Part shown: positions 1 through 8,706 of the stretch, in pieces
How positions within the stretch are numbered: the first letter of the stretch is position 1
Layout: each line of letters opens with the position of its first letter
From: Candidatus Caldarchaeum sp.
GTDB lineage: Archaea > Thermoproteota > Nitrososphaeria_A > Caldarchaeales > Caldarchaeaceae
Direction of reading: 5' to 3'
DNA: 64,000 bases
Assembly: GCA_038740895.1 (NCBI GenBank)
Contig: JAVYLK010000001.1
Span: forward strand, 175,656-239,655
Position numbers and translations under genes: made by a program
Notes under the pieces: model-generated
Told to the model about the DNA's origin: nothing
The model's input: only the letters and a program-made list of their open reading frames with translations
Database searches by the model: none

Positions 1-198
1 GAGGATGTCCCTTTCCGTTATTATGCCGACGAGCTTGCTCTCACGGTCAACTATCAAGACGCTCCCAACCCCCTTCTCCCACATCACCCTCGCTACATCG
101 TCTACGCTGGCCTCCTCGTCGACAGAGATCGGGGGCTTCGACATCAAGTCGCCAGCCTTCAGGGGCGAGTACTTCAGCGTGCGCTTGAACAAAGGCAT
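1..198 (-). CDS. CBS-domain protein, N-terminal ~66 aa only; gene runs off the window start
   Basis: Reverse-complement translation from ATG (rc of 196-198) gives MPLFKRTLKYSPLKAGDLMSKPPISVDEEASVDDVARVMWEKGVGSVLIVDRESKLVGIITERDIL, a textbook CBS-domain sequence. No stop before coordinate 1. This reading replaces the low-complexity plus-strand track ORF 5..214. Confidence 0.55.
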   Translation of the reverse strand, partial: MPLFKRTLKYSPLKAGDLMSKPPISVDEEASVDDVARVMWEKGVGSVLIVDRESKLVGIITERDIL

Positions 199-302
199 AG
201 CCCTTCATAGATAAACCTATTTAAAACGATTTTTACCGCCAGACCTGACGTCTTCCGCTCCAAAGATTTAAATTATCAAACGGGCTGGTGAGGTTGAAGC
301 AG

Positions 303-377
303 GCTCCGGTAGTATAGTCCGGTCAAGTATACCGGCCTTTCGAGCCGGCGACCCGGGTTCAAATCCCGGCCGGAGCA
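303..377 (+). tRNA. tRNA-Glu (anticodon UUC); CCA not encoded
   Basis: Cloverleaf read by hand. 7-bp acceptor stem gctccgg/ccggagc (303-309 / 370-376) with discriminator A377. Anticodon stem ccggc/gccgg with loop cTTTCGa, anticodon TTC. T-arm ccggg-ttcaaat-cccgg (GTTCAAATCC motif). Confidence 0.8.
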
Positions 378-379
378 CT

Positions 380-1180
380 TCAACTGGTCAGAAAACCACC
401 GTCCACCACGACGACAGCGCCGTTCACATAAGAAGACAACTCTGAAGCAAGAAACAACACGACGAGGGCCACTTCGTCGGGATGACCCAGCCTGCCAAGA
501 GGGATCCGTGAAATAAACTGCATCCCCAACCAGAGGAACCCCAGGCGGAGTTTTTTCAAAGCCTCGTTTCGGACCCTCCCGGTTCCCGGAGTATGAATTC
601 CACCCGGCATCACGGCGTTAACACGAAAACCTTTGTCCCCGAACTCACGGGCTAACGACCTGGTCAAGCTCACCAAACCGATCTTACTCATGCCGTAATG
701 TGTCAAATCTTTCATCCAGTGCAACACTGCTTCGACAGAGCTGACGTTGACCACGACACCTCCTCTTTCACCACGCACTCTGAAAAAATGCTGACACATG
801 TAAAACGCCGATTTCAGGTTAACCGACAACATTCTTTCCAAAAATTCCTCATCGACTTCGAGAAAATCCCTGAACTGGTATATTCCCGCGTTGTTGACGA
901 GAATTTCGGGTGAGGCATCCGACATTTCACCCCACAGCAGGTCGATTTCTGACTTTTTCGACAAATCGGTTTTCTTCGCGAACACGTCGACGCCGAAACG
1001 GTCTTTGATTCTTCGGGCCGCTTCGTCGTTGGCTTTCTCGTCGACGTCGACGAGTATTAGGTCGGCGCCGGCTTCTGCAAACCTTTCAGCTACGGACAGG
1101 CCGATTCCAGAGGCAGCTCCGGTTACTAATGCCCGTTTTCCACGGAGCGAAATCAAATCCTTTAGGGGCTTTCGCGACAA
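380..1180 (-). CDS. short-chain dehydrogenase/reductase (SDR, FabG-like oxidoreductase)
   Basis: N-terminal Rossmann motif LVTGAASGIGLSVAERFAEAGADLILVDVD. Length 266 aa is typical of classical SDRs. Confidence 0.75.
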   Translation of the reverse strand: MSRKPLKDLISLRGKRALVTGAASGIGLSVAERFAEAGADLILVDVDEKANDEAARRIKDRFGVDVFAKKTDLSKKSEIDLLWGEMSDASPEILVNNAGIYQFRDFLEVDEEFLERMLSVNLKSAFYMCQHFFRVRGERGGVVVNVSSVEAVLHWMKDLTHYGMSKIGLVSLTRSLAREFGDKGFRVNAVMPGGIHTPGTGRVRNEALKKLRLGFLWLGMQFISRIPLGRLGHPDEVALVVLFLASELSSYVNGAVVVVDGGFLTS

Positions 1181-1231
1181 AACAGCATCATTATTTTCAC
1201 GCTGGTTAAAAATCTTGGCGGAAGATCAGGC

Positions 1232-1513
1232 CTACGTTCGTGACGGAATGATTTTGACGAGGCTTCCCTGACCGAGTCCGGAGGGCCCTCCTTGGGAGAT
1301 GGCTTCTTCGGAAAACCTAACAACCAGGTTATCGACACCATAAACATCCGTCACCACGCCCTCCCACAAGTCGCCTTTGAAGTCTTCGTAGAGGACCTTG
1401 GAGCCCAGGAGCTTCTGCAGGAGAGTTGGTTCGAGCGGCGAGGTCGGCGACACTATGCAGTCGTCTCCGTCAAAGGCCACCACTATGGCTGAAACCTCTT
1501 CTTCCTCAGTCAA
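1232..1513 (-). CDS. hypothetical protein (93 aa)
   Basis: ORF fills the gap between the SDR gene and trxA. No recognisable motif. Confidence 0.3.
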   Translation of the reverse strand: MTEEEEVSAIVVAFDGDDCIVSPTSPLEPTLLQKLLGSKVLYEDFKGDLWEGVVTDVYGVDNLVVRFSEEAISQGGPSGLGQGSLVKIIPSRT

Positions 1514-1590
1514 CGTTAAAACTTTCTTCGCGGGAGCTATTATTTCTTACGACCTCAAAACTTATTAACTGAACATGAAAAGTAGGAACG

Positions 1591-1998
1591 ATGTCCGGCG
1601 ATGATGAGCTGGAGCGCATAAAGATGCGGAAGCTCGCTGAAATGCTTTCAAGCAGACCGCCCGCACCGCAGCAACCCATAGCCGAGCCCGTGGAGCTCAC
1701 CGACCTCAGCTTTGACGACTTTGTTTCCAAGCACGAGTTTGTGGTGGTTGACTTTTGGGCGGAGTGGTGCGCTCCGTGCAGGGCCATAGCTCCCGTGGTG
1801 AAGGAGCTGGCAAAGCAGTACGCAGGCAAGGTTGTTTTCGGAAAGCTCAACGTCGACGACAACCCGAGGACTGCAGCCATGTTCGGCATAATGAGTATAC
1901 CCACGCTGATGTTCTTCAAGAACGGCAAGCCCGTTGACATGGTTGTGGGCGCTGTCCCCAAGCGGATGCTCGAAACACGAATAGCTCATCATCTTTAA
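1591..1998 (+). CDS. trxA: thioredoxin
   Basis: Active site FWAEWCAPCRAIAPV (WCxPC) in a 135-aa protein. Confidence 0.85.
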   Translation: MSGDDELERIKMRKLAEMLSSRPPAPQQPIAEPVELTDLSFDDFVSKHEFVVVDFWAEWCAPCRAIAPVVKELAKQYAGKVVFGKLNVDDNPRTAAMFGIMSIPTLMFFKNGKPVDMVVGAVPKRMLETRIAHHL

Positions 1999-2041
1999 CC
2001 AGCTAAAAATATAATACAGTCTTCATCACTAACGTTGTTGG

Positions 2042-2980
2042 ATGAACACGGTCCTAGAGAGAACACCGCTCGATAACCTCCTCATCGGGCTAAAAACGGA
2101 CTTGGAGAAAAACCTTCTGGATAAACTATCAGGAAGGCCCGACAGGTTTCTGATCGAGAGAGCTGTTTCGGGAGGCAAGAGGCTCAGGCCTATCCTTCTC
2201 CTCACGGTCTTCAAAGCCCTTGGAGGAAGGGAGTACCAGAAAGCTCTGGACGTGGCTGTGGCTCTAGAGCTGGCTCACAGCGCCAGCCTCGTCCACGACG
2301 ACATAATCGACTTGGATAAGAGCCGTAGGGGTGGCAGAACGCTCTGGGCTCAAATAGGAATGGGGAAGGCGGTTCTCCAGGGTCATCGTATCATAAACTT
2401 TGCTTTCGAGATAGTGCTGGACATAGGCGTTGAGATGGCTCGGATATTCCTTGACGCATGGGAGAGGGCTTCGAAGGGGATTCTGGACGAGGTTCTGAAC
2501 AGGTCTGTCCTCACCGAGCGACTGTACATGTTCATGATAAGGGAGAAGACCGCTTCTCTGTTCGAAGCCGCAGCACACGCCGGTGCTTTGCTAGCGGGCG
2601 CCAGCCACGATCAGACCGAGCTGATGAGGAGGTACGGCCTGGAGGTTGGAACGGTGTACCAGCTTGCCGACGACCTCGAGGAACTATACGTCAAAAAGAG
2701 AATGGGCAGAGCCCTGTACGTCGTGCAGGAGATGAGGGACAGGTTTCTACACCTGATACTCGCTTCCAAGACTGGAAACACTAAAGGAGTTTTCAGAGCA
2801 GTAGCTCCACTAAATCCCGGCGAGGAATTTATGAAGAGACAGATGGTTGAAAAGCTTAAATCCTCCATCAACCTAGCGTCAAGCTCTCTAATACCTGAAA
2901 CACCTTACAAACAGCTTCTCCAGCATCTGCCCATGTATTTCGTGAGGCAAATGTTCGGCGAAGCCCGCAGCCACGTTTAA
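2042..2980 (+). CDS. polyprenyl synthetase (geranylgeranyl/farnesylgeranyl diphosphate synthase family)
   Basis: First aspartate-rich motif LVHDDIIDLD, second YQLADDLEE. About 312 aa, trans-isoprenyl diphosphate synthase size. Confidence 0.75.
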   Translation: MNTVLERTPLDNLLIGLKTDLEKNLLDKLSGRPDRFLIERAVSGGKRLRPILLLTVFKALGGREYQKALDVAVALELAHSASLVHDDIIDLDKSRRGGRTLWAQIGMGKAVLQGHRIINFAFEIVLDIGVEMARIFLDAWERASKGILDEVLNRSVLTERLYMFMIREKTASLFEAAAHAGALLAGASHDQTELMRRYGLEVGTVYQLADDLEELYVKKRMGRALYVVQEMRDRFLHLILASKTGNTKGVFRAVAPLNPGEEFMKRQMVEKLKSSINLASSSLIPETPYKQLLQHLPMYFVRQMFGEARSHV

Positions 2981-3002
2981 ACGATGGCTTTAGGATGGTT
3001 AG

Positions 3003-4589
3003 ATGTCTTTGGACGTTTTGGCTTATGTTGCGACTTCAACGGCTGCTGTGGCTGCTTCTTGGGCACGGATGGGCATAGCTCTCGCATTCTCAGTTCTGTT
3101 CTCGTTCCTAGTCGGAACCTTGGCGGGAACCAACAAGTTTTTTGAAAGAATAGCCATACCCGTGCTAGACGTACTCCAGTCAATCCCCATTCTAGGCTTC
3201 TTCCCCGTAGCCATAACGCTCTTCTACACAATCTTCCCGGTTGTAGGAGCTGAGATGGCCGCAATCTTCCTAATCTTCACGAGCCAGGCCTGGAACATCA
3301 CGTTCGCAGTCTACGAAGGAACAAGGTTGATCAAATCAGAGCTTCTTGACACGGCTCGGTTCCTCGGAATCAGCTGGTTCGAGAAGTTTAGGTATCTTTA
3401 TGTTCCGGCAACCCTTCCACGGGTTTTGTACAACCTCCAGCCCTCATGGGCCAACGGAATTTTCTTCCTCGTCGGAAGCGAGATACTCACCTTTGGCGAG
3501 ACTGAGATGGAGTTGTTCGGCCTGGGAACGGTGATCTCGAGGTACACGATTGAAGGCGACACTGTGGGTGTTCTGATAACCCTTTTGATGCTCGTTTTGG
3601 CGACTTTGATAACGACGTTCTTTGTCTTTCTCCCCCTCACCCAGCTCACCGAGCCCAGGAGAAAACCACCAAGAGAGATGCAGCCCTACGTAAAAATCAT
3701 GAGGCGGGTTCTAGGTCCTGCGTTCAGAACCGTCTACCTGCCATCCCATCTCATTTTCTTCGAGTACAACAAAGCAATCGAACAGCTGACTAGACGTGTC
3801 TCCCTGTCAACTTCCCTGATCAGGGGTGTCCTATTCTTCCTCCTAGGAGGGCTGCTGATAGCTCTGCTTATAGCTCGAGGAGAGGAGCTGCTGGCCAGGC
3901 TTTCTTTCCTAGCGCGGGAAGTGAACGAAGTTGGTCTTGAGAACCTTGCCGTCTCCTCGGCTTACTCCTTCGGACGTGTAGCAGCCGCCGTGTCTTTTTC
4001 AGTAGCCTGGAGCCTTCCAGCAGCTATTGCGATATCGAGAAGGGAGAGGCTTTCATCAACAGCGACCACCCTCGTTCAGATTATTGCTTCAATACCCGCC
4101 ACAATTGTTTACCCACTCTTCGCCAGCCAGCTAGCTGGCCAGCCTGAGCTGAGGACCTTCCTGATGACTGTGGCAGCCACGCAGTATTATGTTTTCTTCC
4201 AAGTCTACGGAGGAGTCAAGAACATTCCTAAGGTTGAGCTGGAGTTGACGGAGCTTCTGGGTCTCAGGACACTAGACAGGATTAGGAATGTATACATACC
4301 TAGGCTGCTTCCCCCCCTCGTCACAGGCTGCATCACAGCTGCCGGTGGTGCTTGGAACAGTTTAGTGGTTTCGGAGAGGCTAGTCCTCGGCGATGTTGTT
4401 GCTGAGACGGATTTGCCTGGTCTTGGTAAGCTTTTGTCTCTGATGACGTATGAGGGGAATTTGGTCGGCAGCGTCGTCGTGATAACTGTGATGTCCAGTC
4501 TGATAGTTTTGATGAACAGGCTTTTCTGGAAGAGGCTCTACGATGTTGTTATCTCACGTCTTAAAATTCAAGAAGAAGCTGGGAAGTAG
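3003..4589 (+). CDS. ABC transporter permease, tandem-duplicated (NitT/TauT-type binding-protein-dependent inner membrane component)
   Basis: Two repeated multi-TM halves. Each carries an EAA-like loop: [24 protein letters not shown] and [25 protein letters not shown]. Confidence 0.7.
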   Translation: MSLDVLAYVATSTAAVAASWARMGIALAFSVLFSFLVGTLAGTNKFFERIAIPVLDVLQSIPILGFFPVAITLFYTIFPVVGAEMAAIFLIFTSQAWNITFAVYEGTRLIKSELLDTARFLGISWFEKFRYLYVPATLPRVLYNLQPSWANGIFFLVGSEILTFGETEMELFGLGTVISRYTIEGDTVGVLITLLMLVLATLITTFFVFLPLTQLTEPRRKPPREMQPYVKIMRRVLGPAFRTVYLPSHLIFFEYNKAIEQLTRRVSLSTSLIRGVLFFLLGGLLIALLIARGEELLARLSFLAREVNEVGLENLAVSSAYSFGRVAAAVSFSVAWSLPAAIAISRRERLSSTATTLVQIIASIPATIVYPLFASQLAGQPELRTFLMTVAATQYYVFFQVYGGVKNIPKVELELTELLGLRTLDRIRNVYIPRLLPPLVTGCITAAGGAWNSLVVSERLVLGDVVAETDLPGLGKLLSLMTYEGNLVGSVVVITVMSSLIVLMNRLFWKRLYDVVISRLKIQEEAGK

Positions 4590-4612
4590 GGGATGGAAGG
4601 CGGTGGAGGCGT

Positions 4613-5374
4613 GTGAGGGAGCCAATAATCAGCGTTGTCGACGTCTCGCACAGTTTTTACACTCGGAAAGGCATGAACATAGATGTTCTGAAGAACATGA
4701 ACATCAACCTTTACTACGGGGAGTTCTTGGGAGTCGTTGGACAGAGTGGCTCCGGCAAGACAACGCTTCTCAAGATCATGGCTGGGCTAATCAAGCCGAC
4801 GTCGGGAAAAGTGTTGTACAAGTCGAAGCCGCTGGACGGCCCGACACCAGCCATATCACTGGTCTTCCAGGAACCGGCCCTGTTTCCATGGCTAACGGTT
4901 CTCGAGAACGTCGTCCTCGCCCTCAAACGGTTTAAAGAGCTATCGAAGCAGGAAGCTGTTGAAAGAGCTAGGTCTTATCTCGACATGGTTGGCCTGTCGG
5001 GTTTTGAGTATGTTTACCCGGGCGAGCTAAGCGGCGGCATGAAGCAGCGGGTTGTCCTTGCGCGGGCCTTAGTAACGAACCCAGACGTGCTGCTGATGGA
5101 TGAGCCGTTCAGCAACGTCGACCCTCTTACAGCTGTGTCGCTGCGGCGTGAGATCGACATGCTGCGGGCGCATGAGACCCTTCCCCCTTCCTCTGTTCTT
5201 CTAGTATCTCACAACGTCGAGGAGATCGTCGAGCTGAGCGACAGGGTCTTAGTTCTGAGCGGAAGGCCCGCCGAGGTCAAGGGGGAGATAAGGGTTTTAA
5301 TGGAGAAGCCTCGGGATAGGAGAAGTCCTCAGTTCTACGAGTACGTTGACCAGATCTTCACGTTGATGAGTTAA
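4613..5374 (+). CDS. ABC transporter ATP-binding protein (NitT/TauT family)
   Basis: Walker [13 protein letters not shown] signature LSGGMKQR, Walker B LLMDEPFS. Lies immediately downstream of the permease. Confidence 0.85.
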   Translation: MREPIISVVDVSHSFYTRKGMNIDVLKNMNINLYYGEFLGVVGQSGSGKTTLLKIMAGLIKPTSGKVLYKSKPLDGPTPAISLVFQEPALFPWLTVLENVVLALKRFKELSKQEAVERARSYLDMVGLSGFEYVYPGELSGGMKQRVVLARALVTNPDVLLMDEPFSNVDPLTAVSLRREIDMLRAHETLPPSSVLLVSHNVEEIVELSDRVLVLSGRPAEVKGEIRVLMEKPRDRRSPQFYEYVDQIFTLMS

Positions 5375-5877
5375 ACGGTCTTACGTGCTCTTAGCCTGAA
5401 AAGCCCCGAGTCCCCGTCGTAGCTCAGCAGCTCCGTGTAGATCATCCAGTCCATAAGAAGCTCCCGCAGCTTCTCCGTGTCTTCTGCGTACTGGACGAGG
5501 TTGGGGTCGTTGGACAGACGGTTTACCAAGTCGTCTATGCTGAAGCCTTTCGGGTTCTCCCTAGCCAGGTTCAGGGCAGTTGAGAAAGGCTCTAGGTTAG
5601 GAACCTGTTCCTTCAAAATCCTCTTCTTTCCCTTAGACAGGCTTTTGCTTACTTTAATCCCCAGCTGAGTGGCCACGCCTTCACCGTCATGAATCTCGAG
5701 AACGCCCAGCATCTCCGCCGCCGTCGAAGCGGGGAGTATCTCGTCAACCTCCATCTGGAGCTCTCTGGCTATGAAAGCTAGGTCAGCCTTTCCTCCGTAT
5801 GCGACGACAAGCTCGAGGAGGCCTAGGACGGTCCCTAGCCGGGCGTCGAGGGGGAAGTTCTTCGGCTGTTGCCCCAT
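5371..5877 (-). CDS. stand-alone AAA-associated C-terminal domain protein (usually fused to NitT/TauT ABC ATPases)
   Basis: Pattern [55 protein letters not shown] ... [19 protein letters not shown] matches the AAA-associated domain as I recall it. Convergent with the ABC ATPase, overlapping by 4 nt. Confidence 0.5.
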   Translation of the reverse strand: MGQQPKNFPLDARLGTVLGLLELVVAYGGKADLAFIARELQMEVDEILPASTAAEMLGVLEIHDGEGVATQLGIKVSKSLSKGKKRILKEQVPNLEPFSTALNLARENPKGFSIDDLVNRLSNDPNLVQYAEDTEKLRELLMDWMIYTELLSYDGDSGLFRLRARKTV

Positions 5878-5914
5878 ACGTCTTTGGGACTGGGTTCGTC
5901 CTAAATTAACACTT

Positions 5915-7081
5915 CTACGAAAGGTTTAATACAAGCCTCTCAACGGCTTCAGCTGCACGCCTAGCTCCGCCCAACTCCCGCACCCTACTCTGGTGTGTTT
6001 TGGCGGCATGGTCCATGCGGCTGTTTTCGAGAACATCGGAGACAACAGCCTCGAACTCCGAAGCGTCCAGCATGTCTTGGTCATAAACCTCAGCCAACCC
6101 AAGCTCCTTAGCCTTCAAAGCGTTAGCATTCTGCTCTCCGTGCTGAGGCGTGGGGATCAGCAGCATCTTCTTACCGTACGCCATGCATTTAGTTATCAGC
6201 GTTAGGCCGCCCCTCCCAACAACCAAGTCTGCGGCCATAATCATGCTGTCTAGGTCTTCAACCCAGCTAGATACGTAAAAAGACCCTACCCTGAAAGACT
6301 CGCCGCCACCGGGGTTAGCTGTTGAGAGGACGTAGCTGAACCTGCTGCTCAGCCTGGGGGCGATCTCTAAGAACTTTTCGACAAGCCTTCTCTTCTCCTC
6401 CAACCCGCCGCTTACGGTTATCAGTACAAGAGGCTTATCAGAGCCGCCGTACGTCCTCCTCAAACTCATCATCTCCTGTTGTGAAACGGCCGGCGGGTCG
6501 ACCAACGGGCCCACGTACAAGACTCTGTTAACGACTTTTCGCGGGAAGTCGAGAGTGGCTTCGGAAATTGTGCTTGGCGGCGGCAGGTCGGGCACGATTA
6601 TTACGTCCGACAAGTCCCAGATGAGCTGAGCCGCCTGGAGGGCTGGCTCGGCAAGCTTCGCAGCCCTTCTGTGCCTTCGAGTCTCTAGCAGGAGGTTGTA
6701 CTGGTTTAGTATTGTGGCTACAGGCTTGTTCATCAGCTTGGCGGCCGCTACGGCTGAGGCTCTCGTGTCTGAGACTACGCAATCTGTCCCTGTCTCGGAG
6801 ATGTTTACCGCTTCTGCGCCGACCTGTGATAGGAAGCGGGCTGGGAGCGTGATGTTTTCCTTAATCGTCTTCTTTACGCTCACTACTCCGTCATCCCCAA
6901 CTCCATACTTGACTGCGGGAACTCTTGAAGGGCTGAACCCCGTCCGCTCCAAGTAGGGGACGGCCTGTCCGTAAGCCGAGAACGAAACTCCATGACCCCT
7001 TCTCATCAACTCCCTCGCCACGACTAAGCTCCTGGAAGCATGCCCTAGCCCGATTCCGCACACAGCTACATGGATAAACAT
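5915..7081 (-). CDS. glycosyltransferase (MurG/MGDG-synthase-like GT28/GT1 fold)
   Basis: C-terminal GT-B motif GGLTLITKCMAYGKKMLLIPTPQHGEQNANALKAKELGLA. 388 aa. Confidence 0.65.
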   Translation of the reverse strand: MFIHVAVCGIGLGHASRSLVVARELMRRGHGVSFSAYGQAVPYLERTGFSPSRVPAVKYGVGDDGVVSVKKTIKENITLPARFLSQVGAEAVNISETGTDCVVSDTRASAVAAAKLMNKPVATILNQYNLLLETRRHRRAAKLAEPALQAAQLIWDLSDVIIVPDLPPPSTISEATLDFPRKVVNRVLYVGPLVDPPAVSQQEMMSLRRTYGGSDKPLVLITVSGGLEEKRRLVEKFLEIAPRLSSRFSYVLSTANPGGGESFRVGSFYVSSWVEDLDSMIMAADLVVGRGGLTLITKCMAYGKKMLLIPTPQHGEQNANALKAKELGLAEVYDQDMLDASEFEAVVSDVLENSRMDHAAKTHQSRVRELGGARRAAEAVERLVLNLS

Positions 7082-7668
7082 TACTGCCTACGCACCACAG
7101 CCCCTCTAGGCTCAACCTCCGAGAAAACCTCAGCCCTGAACTTGCTGAGACGCATCTCGCCATAAACCCAGTAAGTTGGGTTGAGACCCGCTTTGACGCA
7201 GAGATGGGAGAGGTATTCTTCAGCATTCCAGCCGTACTCGACGGGCACTTGGGGAAGAAGTAGGCCAGAGCCGTAGGGGGTTTCCAAGACCAGCCCATCC
7301 TTACCCACCTCTATCTTCGCCGGCAGCTCCTCTCTCGAAACGCTGCTAACTGGCACGGGAGGAGTAAGCACGCTTACCTCGAACACGACCCTAGGAAGCT
7401 CCTCAATCGTCATCGGCGGAAACCTGGGGTCGTCGAAGGCAGCTGCAAGAGCCGCCCTAGCCGTGGCCTCATCCAGCGGCATGTCCGGCTTGACAAAACC
7501 TATGCATCCACGCAGCTCCTTGGCTGGATGGGTGTATATCGAGACGAACACTCCTCTCTTCTCCTGCAAGTACTGACCCACGGGCTTGTAAAGCTTTTGC
7601 GTCGCAAAATAGTGCTCCACGGCCCTTCGCGCGACAGAGACGAGTAGAGCTCCTTCCTCCAAGTTCAT
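7081..7668 (-). CDS. AMMECR1 domain protein
   Basis: RGCIGF motif in ELRGCIGFVKPDMPLDEA. I place the start at the internal M (MNLEEGALLV...) so the gene does not overlap the upstream ORF. The track's longer start is at 7728. Confidence 0.7.
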   Translation of the reverse strand: MNLEEGALLVSVARRAVEHYFATQKLYKPVGQYLQEKRGVFVSIYTHPAKELRGCIGFVKPDMPLDEATARAALAAAFDDPRFPPMTIEELPRVVFEVSVLTPPVPVSSVSREELPAKIEVGKDGLVLETPYGSGLLLPQVPVEYGWNAEEYLSHLCVKAGLNPTYWVYGEMRLSKFRAEVFSEVEPRGAVVRRQ

Positions 7669-7675
7669 CTCCACA

Positions 7676-8095
7676 CTAAGTCTGAAGCCGCTCAAGCGTC
7701 TTACTAATGTTTCTCCAGTGGCCTCCAACCCAGTATTGCTTACCGCAGAAAACGCAAACCCATCTAGGAGGCTGATTCGACAACTTTTCCAGCACCGTGT
7801 TGCACTCGGGGCAGCGGCTGTTGTCCATGCTGAAGACGAGTGTTATGCCTGTCTCGGACTGGATTTTTTTAAGCCCTTGGACTACGTCGTTGGAGTCAAG
7901 TAGAACACTTCTGACCAAGCCTTTGACAGCCCTTTGAGCCAGCTCTCTGTCCCTCGTGACTAAGACCCTCTCTCCCCTCCTCGCGGCTTCAATAAGTTCG
8001 TCGTCAGAAAGGTTATCGCCGTAAAGAGTGTCGTACCCCAACAGCCTCAACCAAGTCACTAGGTGGCCGAGCATAGTGTCGAGGATAAACTTCAT
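7676..8095 (-). CDS. Mut7-C RNase domain protein (PIN-like nuclease + C-terminal zinc ribbon; DUF82)
   Basis: MKFILDTMLGHLVTWLRLLGYDT...VLVTRDREL plus CPECN...CVFCGKQYWVGGHW, the Mut7-C/DUF82 signature. Confidence 0.7.
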   Translation of the reverse strand: MKFILDTMLGHLVTWLRLLGYDTLYGDNLSDDELIEAARRGERVLVTRDRELAQRAVKGLVRSVLLDSNDVVQGLKKIQSETGITLVFSMDNSRCPECNTVLEKLSNQPPRWVCVFCGKQYWVGGHWRNISKTLERLQT

Positions 8096-8706
8096 TTTGG
8101 AGCGCTGAACTTCTCCTTCCCCTCAAGCTCCAGCCGGCATTCCTCGCAAAGAAGCTGGTCCTCAACCCTCACCAGAAGGTCCGACCACTCGCCGCAGGAA
8201 TCGCAGTAGCCTTCGACGGGGTTTGAAGACGGGTATGCCGCAGCTCCGCCGATCTTTAGCTTTTCCCTCACAATAGACAGAATCTCGGGGGTGACTTGGA
8301 GAATGTCCTTGATCGTGACAACTCCGACAAGTTTATCTTTATAGACCACTGCAAGCCTGCTGAGCTTGAGACGGTTCATCTTGCTCAAAGCCTCTTCGAT
8401 TACTATATCTGGCTCGATCGTCTGGAGAGGCGTGGTCATGATATCTCTGGCTTTCACCTTGTTAGGGTCGCTGCCGTTGGCCACAACCTGGCAGACTATG
8501 TCTGTCTTGGTAATGATTCCTAAAGGCTTGCCGTTCGAGGTTATTATTATGCTGCCTATGCCGTACTTCCTCATCAACCCAGCGACCTCAACTATCGTCG
8601 CTGAGTCGCTTGCCTCGATGACCGGGCTTGACATCACGTCTCTGACCCTGACTTCGTCAAAAAGGGCTGTCGGCTTGACCATCTTCTCCCAACCTACTTT
8701 ACACAA
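8092..8706 (-). CDS. CBS-pair domain protein with C-terminal Cys4 zinc ribbon
   Basis: Two CBS repeats (VRDVMSSPVIEAS..., ARDIMTTPLQTIEP...) and CDSCGEW...LLCEEC at the C-terminus. ATGA overlap with the Mut7-C gene. Confidence 0.75.
   Translation of the reverse strand: MCKVGWEKMVKPTALFDEVRVRDVMSSPVIEASDSATIVEVAGLMRKYGIGSIIITSNGKPLGIITKTDIVCQVVANGSDPNKVKARDIMTTPLQTIEPDIVIEEALSKMNRLKLSRLAVVYKDKLVGVVTIKDILQVTPEILSIVREKLKIGGAAAYPSSNPVEGYCDSCGEWSDLLVRVEDQLLCEECRLELEGKEKFSAPK

Noticed and set aside
5-214. Plus-strand 69-aa track ORF at the window start
   Set aside because: Low-complexity Ser/Thr/Leu-rich translation. The opposite strand encodes a textbook CBS-domain N-terminus starting at the rc of 196-198, so the minus-strand gene is the real one.
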